A program made the translations under genes and the position numbers. The notes under the pieces were generated by a model. That model ran no database searches, was not told where the DNA came from, and was given only the letters and a program-made list of their open reading frames with translations. A stretch of 63,618 nucleotides of DNA from Chloracidobacterium sp. (GTDB taxonomy: Bacteria > Acidobacteriota > Blastocatellia > Pyrinomonadales > Pyrinomonadaceae). The stretch covers positions 1-63,618 of the forward strand of contig JANLYZ010000187.1 of NCBI GenBank assembly GCA_031365905.1, written 5' to 3'. Positions 7,224-15,049 of the stretch are shown here, piece by piece (within the stretch, counting starts at the first letter, position 1; each line of letters opens with the position of its first letter).

Positions 7224-9617
7224 CTACAGGCTCGCTAAAACGCTGCGCGCGTCACCTGCTTCTGCAAACGGCGCTTTGTCGCTCAAGCGCACGGCTTGTT
7301 CGAGTTCGCGTCGGGCGCCGTCTTTGTCGCCGCGAGCTTTGAGCGCCATTCCCAGATGGTAGTGATAATTCGGGGCGGGACTGCCGGAGCCGCTCTTCGC
7401 CGCGCGGTCATCGAGCGCCACTGCCTTTTGCAGTTGTTCGACCGCGGCGCCGTAGAGTCCTTTTTTGTAATAGACCCAACCAAGCGTATCGACAAAACCG
7501 GGAATGTTTGGATTCTTTTGCACGACCCCCTGCGCGAGCCGCACCGCTTCATCGAGATTGCCTTTGCCGTTGACCGCGTAAAGCCAGGCAAGATTGTTGG
7601 CAGCAATCACCGAGTTTTGATCCTTGCCGAGAGCCTTGCGGTAGTTGTCGGCGGCCGCGTCATAATTCTGTCGCGAGTCGTCGAGCATGCCGATAAGTGT
7701 GTAGGCGGTAGCGTTGTCAGGCCGGCGCTCGAGAATTTTTTGATACTCAGCAATCGCGCGGTCCTGCTGGTTGGTGTTGACGAACAACGCGCCGAGCGCT
7801 GAATAAGCGGCGATGTAGTTCGGATCAAGTTCGAGAGTCTTGCGCAACTCTGTTTCCGCCTGTGCTGAGTTACGTTCATAACCGTAGGCCTGCGCCTTCA
7901 GGTAATGAAGCGACGCATTCGACGGATAACTATTCAGCACCTGATCGATTCGCGCATGAGCTTTAGCAATTTCGTTGTTGCGCGCGTAGAGCCGAATCAA
8001 CCCGCTCAAGGCGTTGAAGTTTGTACTCTCCAGCGACAGCGCGTTTTCGTAAAAGCCCGAAGCTTCGTCAGGTTTGTTTTCGGCCAGCGCTACGCCGGCG
8101 AGACTGATATAGGGATAGGTGTCTCGCGGTGCGGCGTCGCGCGCCATCATGAAATCCGTACGAGCGTTGGTGGTGTTTCCCTGCTCGAGTATCGCCGCGC
8201 CGCGGGACAGATAAGCCTTCACACGAATCTCGGCGAGCAGTTGTGGTGAATTTTGGCGGTCGGGAGCGGTTTGGTTGAGCCGGTCGATTAGTTCCGACGA
8301 AAGTCGCTGCGCGCCTTTCGCGTCTCCCTGGGCCAGGTTGATTTGCACTTGCATTAACTTCGCCGGCAGGTAGTCCGGGTAGTTGCGTTCGAGGTCGCCG
8401 GCAAATGCACGCGCCTGATCGACGCTGCCCAAATTGAAGTTTGCCTGCGCCATGAAATACATGCCGGCGCGCGAATTCGGTTCTTGTACTAATACCTCTT
8501 TCAGGTCTTCCACGGCCGCTTGCAGGTTGGCTGATTCTCCGTTCTGAATGCGAACTCGCGCGCGCAACAAAAGCGCCTGCCGATCGTGCGCATCTTTTTT
8601 CAGGACTTCATCAGCCTGCGCGGTCGCGCCCTGCGTGTCGCCGCGCATCAGCATGATTTCGCCGAGGCGATAACGTCCTTGAGTGAAGTCAGGCGACTTC
8701 GCGAGGATCTCCTGATAAATGCTGACGGCTTCGTCGAGACGATTGATGGAAGAATAGAAGTCAGCCAAAACGGCCCGGCCTTCGGGTTTGTCTTTGTCGA
8801 GCTCGGCCAGCGCCTTGTAAGCGACTTCCGCTTTGTCCAACTGTTTGTTGACCAGATAGAAACTGGCGAGAATAAATCGTGACGCGCGGTTGTTTGGTTC
8901 GACGGCGACCGCCTTATTCATTTCCGCTTCGGCGTCTGCGGCCCGGTTCAACTGCACGAGATACTTGCCGTATTCCGTGTGGGCCAATCCGGAATTGCTA
9001 TTGACGGAAATCGCGCGTTTAAAAGTTTCCTCCGCCTTCGCCTTGTCGTTCATGACAATGTAGAAACGCGCCAGACTCAAATAAGATTCAACGCGTTTTG
9101 GATCCAACTCGATCGCGTGATTGATTTCGGCAAACGCCTTGTCGTGTTCGTTGCGCGCATAGAACACACTGCCCAGCAGGATGTGTCCTTCGACGTGATT
9201 AGCGTCCTTTTGCAGGATTTGATTCGCGAGGCGTTCGGCTTCAGCGATGAGTTCCGGATGTCCCTTGGCGGCGGCGATATAGTAGTTGCCGAGCTTCACG
9301 CGTGCATCGAGATTGTTGCCGTCGAGTTCAGTGGTCTTGCGCAGTTCTTCGAAAGCTTCCTGAAAGCGCTGCAGTCCTTCGTATGAACGGGCCAGGCCCC
9401 AGTGTGCCGATGCCAGCTTCTCGTCGATCTGAATCGCATTGCGAAACTCAAGCGAGGCTTCCTGAAATTTTTCGTCCTTCAGATAAGCTTCGCCCTTCTC
9501 GACATGCGCTATTTTTGCTTTTTCGGGATTGGTGCAGCCGCTGATTGCGAAGATGGCGGCCAGGAGAACGGATAGAAGGGTGGCGTAATAAGCTTTGGAT
9601 CGGCACTCGATTTTCAT
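7224..9617 (-). CDS. prsT: PEP-CTERM system TPR-repeat lipoprotein
   Basis: 797 aa. Lipobox LLAAIFAISGC near the N-terminus, then TPR repeats essentially end to end. Position next to EpsI and the exosortase matches the PrsT family context. Confidence 0.8.
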   Translation of the reverse strand: MKIECRSKAYYATLLSVLLAAIFAISGCTNPEKAKIAHVEKGEAYLKDEKFQEASLEFRNAIQIDEKLASAHWGLARSYEGLQRFQEAFEELRKTTELDGNNLDARVKLGNYYIAAAKGHPELIAEAERLANQILQKDANHVEGHILLGSVFYARNEHDKAFAEINHAIELDPKRVESYLSLARFYIVMNDKAKAEETFKRAISVNSNSGLAHTEYGKYLVQLNRAADAEAEMNKAVAVEPNNRASRFILASFYLVNKQLDKAEVAYKALAELDKDKPEGRAVLADFYSSINRLDEAVSIYQEILAKSPDFTQGRYRLGEIMLMRGDTQGATAQADEVLKKDAHDRQALLLRARVRIQNGESANLQAAVEDLKEVLVQEPNSRAGMYFMAQANFNLGSVDQARAFAGDLERNYPDYLPAKLMQVQINLAQGDAKGAQRLSSELIDRLNQTAPDRQNSPQLLAEIRVKAYLSRGAAILEQGNTTNARTDFMMARDAAPRDTYPYISLAGVALAENKPDEASGFYENALSLESTNFNALSGLIRLYARNNEIAKAHARIDQVLNSYPSNASLHYLKAQAYGYERNSAQAETELRKTLELDPNYIAAYSALGALFVNTNQQDRAIAEYQKILERRPDNATAYTLIGMLDDSRQNYDAAADNYRKALGKDQNSVIAANNLAWLYAVNGKGNLDEAVRLAQGVVQKNPNIPGFVDTLGWVYYKKGLYGAAVEQLQKAVALDDRAAKSGSGSPAPNYHYHLGMALKARGDKDGARRELEQAVRLSDKAPFAEAGDARSVLASL

Positions 9618-9794
9618 GTTCTTTCCTCTCGTCGGAACGACTAATCCTGGGGCTCAGCCTAGCGGTTCCGGGTTATTGGTCTCTGGTTTTACTCTCGCTT
9701 CCGTCCGGTGGCGGGCAATGCCACTCGGGTTTGCCTCGAGAGTGAGACGCTTTTAGAAAAGGGTTAATTGTTCAGGGTTTCCGCAAATTCCGCT

Positions 9795-9873
9795 GGGACC
9801 GCGGGCATCCTGCCCGCAATGAGCGCGAAGCGCGAATCTATTCAAAAGAGGCGGGCAGGATGCCCGCGCTCCC
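9795..9873. repeat. Inverted pair of the short REP-like palindrome
   Basis: 9795..9817 gggaccgcgggcatcctgcccgc and 9851..9873 gcgggcaggatgcccgcgctccc are reverse complements (1 mismatch) separated by 33 nt. They lie in the 261-nt gap between epsI and prsT. Confidence 0.85.
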
Positions 9874-9878
9874 GGAAG

Positions 9879-10532
9879 TCAGTCTGGAATAAATTCGGGC
9901 AGGATGGTTGACGAGCTGGCGGCAAGATCGCTGGCCAGATCAATCGCTGCTTGCAGTGCGGCCGGCTCGGAGTCGTTAACCGCTGTCGTTATGCGAACCA
10001 TCGCGCCATCCGAGCGGCGCAGGCGCACGCTATCAAGAACTGTGTAAACCTTCCCCCAATACTCACTAGCAACTGCACGGCCACGGCCCTGATACCAGTA
10101 AACCAGCAACTCTTTGTGGTCGCCGTTTTGGATCAAATATTTGTTGGCAACGAATGCGGGTCGTCCTTTGGGAGTAATCGTAATTTTTCCGGGCTCGCTC
10201 ATTACCCAGCCTGCTCCGGGCAAACAATTCAGGGGACTGTGATAGGTGGCGCCATCGCGTTGGCTCGCGTAGTAACCCACATAGAAATTCGCCGTGCGCC
10301 CACCCTGCACGCGATAGTTTCGCAATAGGTAATCGCTCGCGCGCAACACCGCGAGGGTCTCATTGTCAAACTGCGCATCACCGCCAGTCTGTTCCCACGC
10401 TCCGATCTGTTTGGGAAAATCTTTAAGACTCTTGCGTTCGACGTGCGCTTCACCCAGATAATTCCAGGCGTTGACGGCGAACCCACCGGCGAGCAGTACC
10501 ACAAACAAGATCGCGAAGCGCCAGGATTTCAT
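9879..10532 (-). CDS. epsI: EpsI family protein (exosortase-associated)
   Basis: N-terminal TM, then SLKDFPKQIGAW, YVGYYASQRDGATYHSPLNCLPGAGW and LLVYWYQ. The ATG overlaps the exosortase stop (TAATG). Confidence 0.85.
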   Translation of the reverse strand: MKSWRFAILFVVLLAGGFAVNAWNYLGEAHVERKSLKDFPKQIGAWEQTGGDAQFDNETLAVLRASDYLLRNYRVQGGRTANFYVGYYASQRDGATYHSPLNCLPGAGWVMSEPGKITITPKGRPAFVANKYLIQNGDHKELLVYWYQGRGRAVASEYWGKVYTVLDSVRLRRSDGAMVRITTAVNDSEPAALQAAIDLASDLAASSSTILPEFIPD

Positions 10533-11584
10533 TAGTCCGCTCCTTCCGCTCGCGCGAGCTGAACATTTGGAATTTGGCGAAGGGACTTACGGGAAAACTT
10601 CTTGGTTGAATTCACGCGATCGAGCAGCCAGCCGACGCCAAACAGCATGAGCGACGCGACAACGTAAATCACCCAACCTGAAAAGCTGTGGAAGAAACCG
10701 TCGGCCACTTGAGTTCCATAGTAGCGAGCGAGAATGCCGGTGCCGCTAACTCGCAGAGCGTTTGTAAAGATTGCGATGGGCACGGCTGACAACACGATGA
10801 TCGTGGAGCGCCAAAAGCCAAAGCTCTTGGCTGGGAGCGCAGACATCCAGTCTGCTTCGTTCGTGGCCTCGCCAGCAGGCAGGCAAGATGCCTGCGCTCC
10901 CGGCCCGTCATCTCCGCGCGGATGCGTGAAGTAAGCGAAGACGACAGCCAGCGTAACCAGCGTCATCAGCGAGCGTATCCCACTGCAAGCCTCAACCACT
11001 TCGAGCTTCTTCGTCTCGCGCGCACCAAGCGGCATCAACTCAATAACGTTGCCCTGTCGCAACACCGGAATATCAAAAACCGCCATCGCCCAAACTGCGC
11101 AGCGCGAAGCAAAAAGCTGCAAGGGAAAGGCAATCTTGTTGAAGAGGATGGTGGGGATTGGAATCGCCAGCAGCAGCAGGAGCAAAGGAACTATCAGCAG
11201 GCGCAGCAGACCAAAGCCCCAGAAATATAAGACGGTTCCCGCGAGCATCACGACGAGCGAGGTCCGCTGCACATAGAGTTCGGCTCCGGCAGTGCCCGCC
11301 CACAAAGCAAGCAAGGCAAACAACACTGCCCCCAGGCCCCACGGCATTGAAGGGCGAAGCGCAGTGCGCGTTAATCGTTCTCGCTGGCTCCAGAGAATGA
11401 AGCCGATGATGAAGGGAATGAGCAGACCGTGGGAATAGTTTTCGTCACTCCACCAGTCGTGGCCGAGTTTTCCGAGCACGGTCGCGTAGGCGAAGCCGAG
11501 CGCCGACACGATGGCCAGAATTTTCCAGAGATGGGTTGCGGCAGGGACGCCTGAGACTGCGGGGACCTTCATAGGGGCACTCAA
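10532..11584 (-). CDS. xrtA: Exosortase (EpsH family). The XrtA-like subtype is inferred from neighbourhood only.
   Basis: Polytopic protein with WWSDENYSHGLLIP, a catalytic-type Cys in EACSGIRSL, Arg in IFTNALRV and His in FHSFSGW. The start is ambiguous (TTG at 11584 or ATG at 11572). It carries an extra hydrophilic loop encoded partly by a REP-like repeat. Confidence 0.85.
   Translation of the reverse strand: MSAPMKVPAVSGVPAATHLWKILAIVSALGFAYATVLGKLGHDWWSDENYSHGLLIPFIIGFILWSQRERLTRTALRPSMPWGLGAVLFALLALWAGTAGAELYVQRTSLVVMLAGTVLYFWGFGLLRLLIVPLLLLLLAIPIPTILFNKIAFPLQLFASRCAVWAMAVFDIPVLRQGNVIELMPLGARETKKLEVVEACSGIRSLMTLVTLAVVFAYFTHPRGDDGPGAQASCLPAGEATNEADWMSALPAKSFGFWRSTIIVLSAVPIAIFTNALRVSGTGILARYYGTQVADGFFHSFSGWVIYVVASLMLFGVGWLLDRVNSTKKFSRKSLRQIPNVQLARAEGAD
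10875..10901. repeat. REP-like palindrome copy inside the exosortase coding sequence
   Basis: gcaggcaggcaagatgcctgcgctccc matches the 1936..1958 copy. In reverse complement the first 15 nt are identical, followed by 1 substitution and a 4-nt ctgc duplication. On the minus strand it reads in frame as G-A-Q-A-S-C-L-P-A. Confidence 0.8.
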
Positions 11585-11846
11585 GTTTGGCTAACGGTTT
11601 CAGGTATTCCGCAGGGAAAGGGGCAATTTCCGTTGCGAACGCTCCCGTTTGAGACTTGCGATCTCAAAATCACCATCTGAAAACCGAGATGGCTCAAGTT
11701 AAGTAAAACGTATAAAGCACAGCAAATTCCGGTAACAATCAAGGCGCTGAAACTTTTATTTCACCTAACGGATTCGGGCACCACACGACGGCAAGTGACC
11801 GGCCATGATCTAAACTGATAATCGCGAACCTTAGGGAATACTGCGG

Positions 11847-13034
11847 CTATAGAATTCCATACGAACTGATTAACTGCGCGACATTCTTTCGCAGGTCAAA
11901 CCTGGCCATGACTTTCTGGCGTCCCGCCTCGCCCATTCGCATTCGCGCTGAAGGATCGGCGAGCAGTTTGAGAATCTGCGCGCTCATGGCCGCGGTGTCG
12001 CCGCGTTCGACAAGGTGACCGGTAACACCATCCGTGACTAATTCCGGAATGCCACCAACCCGGGTCGCAACCAAAGGCTTGCCATGGGCCATCGCTTCCG
12101 CAATCATCCAACCAAACACTTCCTCCCAGCGCGAAAACTGGCAGACGATATCGGCAGCGGCAAAAACGCCTTCACCGAAGGGATCTTCCACCATGCCGGT
12201 CCAGGTGAGGCGGTCTGCGATCCCCATCCCCGCCGCGGCCTTCATAAACTGCTCGCGATAGGTGCCATCGCCGACCATGACAAACTGCACGTTCCGATTC
12301 TGCCGGGTTACCAGACGCGCAGTTTCGAGAAAATCGTCTATGCCCTTCTCCGGAATTACCCAGCTCACCTGGGTAACGATGGCCCGCTCCGGTGGGATGG
12401 AATAGCGACGGCGAAATTCCAGCGCGCGCTCGGCGTCAGTCTTGACGCGGGAAAGATCCACGCCGTTATAGATCATTTCGAATCGGCTTTGCGGCAATAG
12501 ATCAAGAGACGAGTTGCACTGGTGTCCATAGTTGCTGACGCAGATCACTTTCGTCAGGGGGTAATTGATGAAACGCGCGGCGGCACGCTTCCAGAAAGGC
12601 GCGCGGGTCGCGGTATGACCCGAAGAACGCGAATGATGATCAGTGAAGAAAACCTGTTTCACAGATTGCAGCCGCGCTAGCCAGTAATAAAAACTCAGGA
12701 AACCTGTGAAATGGAAGTGAAGAATCTCCGGCCGGTGAGCGCGCGTGATGCTCGCGAGATTTCTTCCCGTCTTCAGACCGCTGTCAGTCGCAGCCGCGTA
12801 AACCTGAAGCGAAGTATTTGGCAGATCGAGAAAGCGCCTTACTTCTTCGGTTGGCTCTGATAGAAAACACAACACACTCTGCCAGCCTCGCGAACCGAGT
12901 TGCACAGACAACTCCCGCGCGAAAGTCTCCGTGCCGCCGATGCGGCGCGGTTCAACTCCGAAGACTGAGACTAATGTTCCCATCTGGTTACTGGTCCGCA
13001 CGCGCACGGCAGCCGGCGTATTAGTGACCGGCAA
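11847..13034 (-). CDS. Glycosyltransferase family 4 (GT-B, Glycos_transf_1)
   Basis: C-terminal signature QFSRWEEVFGWMIAEAMAHGKPLVATRVGGIPELV. Confidence 0.85.
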   Translation of the reverse strand: MPVTNTPAAVRVRTSNQMGTLVSVFGVEPRRIGGTETFARELSVQLGSRGWQSVLCFLSEPTEEVRRFLDLPNTSLQVYAAATDSGLKTGRNLASITRAHRPEILHFHFTGFLSFYYWLARLQSVKQVFFTDHHSRSSGHTATRAPFWKRAAARFINYPLTKVICVSNYGHQCNSSLDLLPQSRFEMIYNGVDLSRVKTDAERALEFRRRYSIPPERAIVTQVSWVIPEKGIDDFLETARLVTRQNRNVQFVMVGDGTYREQFMKAAAGMGIADRLTWTGMVEDPFGEGVFAAADIVCQFSRWEEVFGWMIAEAMAHGKPLVATRVGGIPELVTDGVTGHLVERGDTAAMSAQILKLLADPSARMRMGEAGRQKVMARFDLRKNVAQLISSYGIL

Positions 13035-13991
13035 TCAACTCAACGTCTTTTTTAACCGCGCGCCGATTCTTTCCCGCAGTTCGCGGACCCTCTGCTGCGC
13101 ACCAAAGACAGCATGAAACGCTTTGTAGCTAAGTGGGATCCGACCTTGACGTTCGAAGGCCGGCTGGAAGTTGAGCTTATTGCCGAAGCCCAAAATGCGT
13201 TGGTCTTCGCCGGACAGATTACCGAGGAAGGCCGCGTTAAGCAGGAGCGGATGATAGCGGTAGTAGCTCACGTCCTCCTGCTGCAAACGCACGCGCGGAT
13301 CGTGGTAGTTGTAGAAGATCGCCTGACGTGGTTCGAGAATGGGAACACCCTGACGATGAATCCCTGAGGTGTCAAACAGAAATACTGTGCCCGCGGGACC
13401 GGTTATTTCTGCGAACTGCGCGGCGGGGAAATCTGCAACTTCGTAGTTCTTCACCGAGCGTGGATGCTGCTTACCATGACTGCCCTGAATGAAATTAAAA
13501 GCGCCGCTGCTGACGTCAGTTAGATACATTCCCAGCTTCACTTCTCGATGAATCCCCAGTGCGGTCGCTTGATCGTACCAGGCGTCGCCATGCCAACCGT
13601 GAAAGTCGCGCCGGGTCGGTTGCGACCGCCAACCCTTCGCTTCGGTGAGCGCGTAGTCTGCTCCGAGGTGCCGGTTTAGAACTTGTTTGACTAGTGGGTG
13701 CAACGCGAGATCGACAAACCCCTGATCAAGAAGCAAGACATCTTCGACGAGGTGACGATAGCGTTCTGTTTGTTGATAACCTTCGAAGTTGTTCCAGCGC
13801 ATTCCGCGCAATCGCGAAGCGAAAGTGCACTGCATGTCGCGCAATTGTTTGGGGCTCAGAATCGAAGGCAGGACCACAATACCGTTTTTTTCCAGTTCCG
13901 CCGCAAGCGCCTGCGCTTCTGAAGCATGCGCGAGCGGCGCTGGCCCAGAGGCCACCGCGATTCGTTTGGGAAATTCCTTCAAGCTTCTCAT
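13035..13991 (-). CDS. Phytanoyl-CoA dioxygenase (PhyH) family Fe(II)/2-oxoglutarate oxygenase
   Basis: HGWHGDAWYD (H-x-D facial-triad motif), a later FNFIQGSH His, and VFLFDTSGIHRQ. Tightly packed within the operon. Confidence 0.6.
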   Translation of the reverse strand: MRSLKEFPKRIAVASGPAPLAHASEAQALAAELEKNGIVVLPSILSPKQLRDMQCTFASRLRGMRWNNFEGYQQTERYRHLVEDVLLLDQGFVDLALHPLVKQVLNRHLGADYALTEAKGWRSQPTRRDFHGWHGDAWYDQATALGIHREVKLGMYLTDVSSGAFNFIQGSHGKQHPRSVKNYEVADFPAAQFAEITGPAGTVFLFDTSGIHRQGVPILEPRQAIFYNYHDPRVRLQQEDVSYYRYHPLLLNAAFLGNLSGEDQRILGFGNKLNFQPAFERQGRIPLSYKAFHAVFGAQQRVRELRERIGARLKKTLS

Positions 13992-15046
13992 ATGGGTTTA
14001 ACCAGGCCGGTTTTGTTGGTTGCCGTGCGGTGTCGGTAAAGAGTTTGCAGCAAGCGAGGGACAAGCCGTGTCAGCCACAACGCCGCCTGTGGTTTCCAGC
14101 CGCCGCCGCAGTTGCTCGCAGTAGCAAACGATTCGCGAGCGCGCGCAAAGTCACCCGGAAGCAAGTAAAGTTTGCCGAGCTCGTATTCCAATAGCGCTCT
14201 GCGATTTCGGATCACGGTAGAAACTGCCGGCCGTTCGCTGGGTTTCAAGTCATACGACTGCTCGACCTTGTCGAAGACGCGAAGTTCGCGGAGATGGGAA
14301 TTGATCGCATCGCCCGTCAGACTGTTCGGACGAGATCGGTAGCTCAGGAGTATTTTTCGTTGATAGGCAAGTCGCGCCCCATGCCGGGCAAGGCGCAGCC
14401 ATAGATCGAAATCCTGCGCGTTGCGAAGTGATTCATCAAAGAGTCCCACTTCCATGATCAGGTTGCGGCGGACTACGACACCGGAAGTGATCAAGCTTCG
14501 ATCAGCGTTAACGAGCTCAAGAAACGTGACGCGGCCTTCCGGCGGCGCTGCTTCCATCAGCGAGTCCATGTAACTTCGACCGGCATCAGCGGAAACGCCG
14601 AAGATTATCGCGTCGGCGCAGGCCAGATCGCAGTCAAACTGGCGGATGAACTTGAGTTGCTCTTCCAGATAGTTTGGCGCCCAGAGATCATCAGCATCAA
14701 GAAACGCGATTAGTTCGCCACGCGCCGCACGCAAGCCCCCATTGCGCGCCGCACTGGCGCCGCCGTTTTCCTGCTTGAGATAACAAATACGATCCTGGTA
14801 AGTCCGAATCGCCTGTTCAAACTCTTCCGTGTCCGGCGAGCCATCGTTAATGACGATCACTTCAAAGTCGGTGAATGTTTGCGCAAAGACAGTCGCCAGA
14901 GTTTCCTCTATGTATGCGGCTACGTTGTAAGCAGGAATGATTATGCTGACCAGCGGCGCCGCGTTCTCGAGTGGCACGTCGGCGACCGCCCGTGAAAGAC
15001 CGAGACTCAAATTCTGGGCTGGCGAAATAGTCGTTGGGCTTTCCAT
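13988..15046 (-). CDS. Glycosyltransferase family 2
   Basis: VSIIIPAYNVAAYIEETLATVFAQTFTDFEVIVINDGSPD and FLDADD (DxD). Confidence 0.9.
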   Translation of the reverse strand: MESPTTISPAQNLSLGLSRAVADVPLENAAPLVSIIIPAYNVAAYIEETLATVFAQTFTDFEVIVINDGSPDTEEFEQAIRTYQDRICYLKQENGGASAARNGGLRAARGELIAFLDADDLWAPNYLEEQLKFIRQFDCDLACADAIIFGVSADAGRSYMDSLMEAAPPEGRVTFLELVNADRSLITSGVVVRRNLIMEVGLFDESLRNAQDFDLWLRLARHGARLAYQRKILLSYRSRPNSLTGDAINSHLRELRVFDKVEQSYDLKPSERPAVSTVIRNRRALLEYELGKLYLLPGDFARARESFATASNCGGGWKPQAALWLTRLVPRLLQTLYRHRTATNKTGLVKPI

Positions 15047-15049
15047 CTC

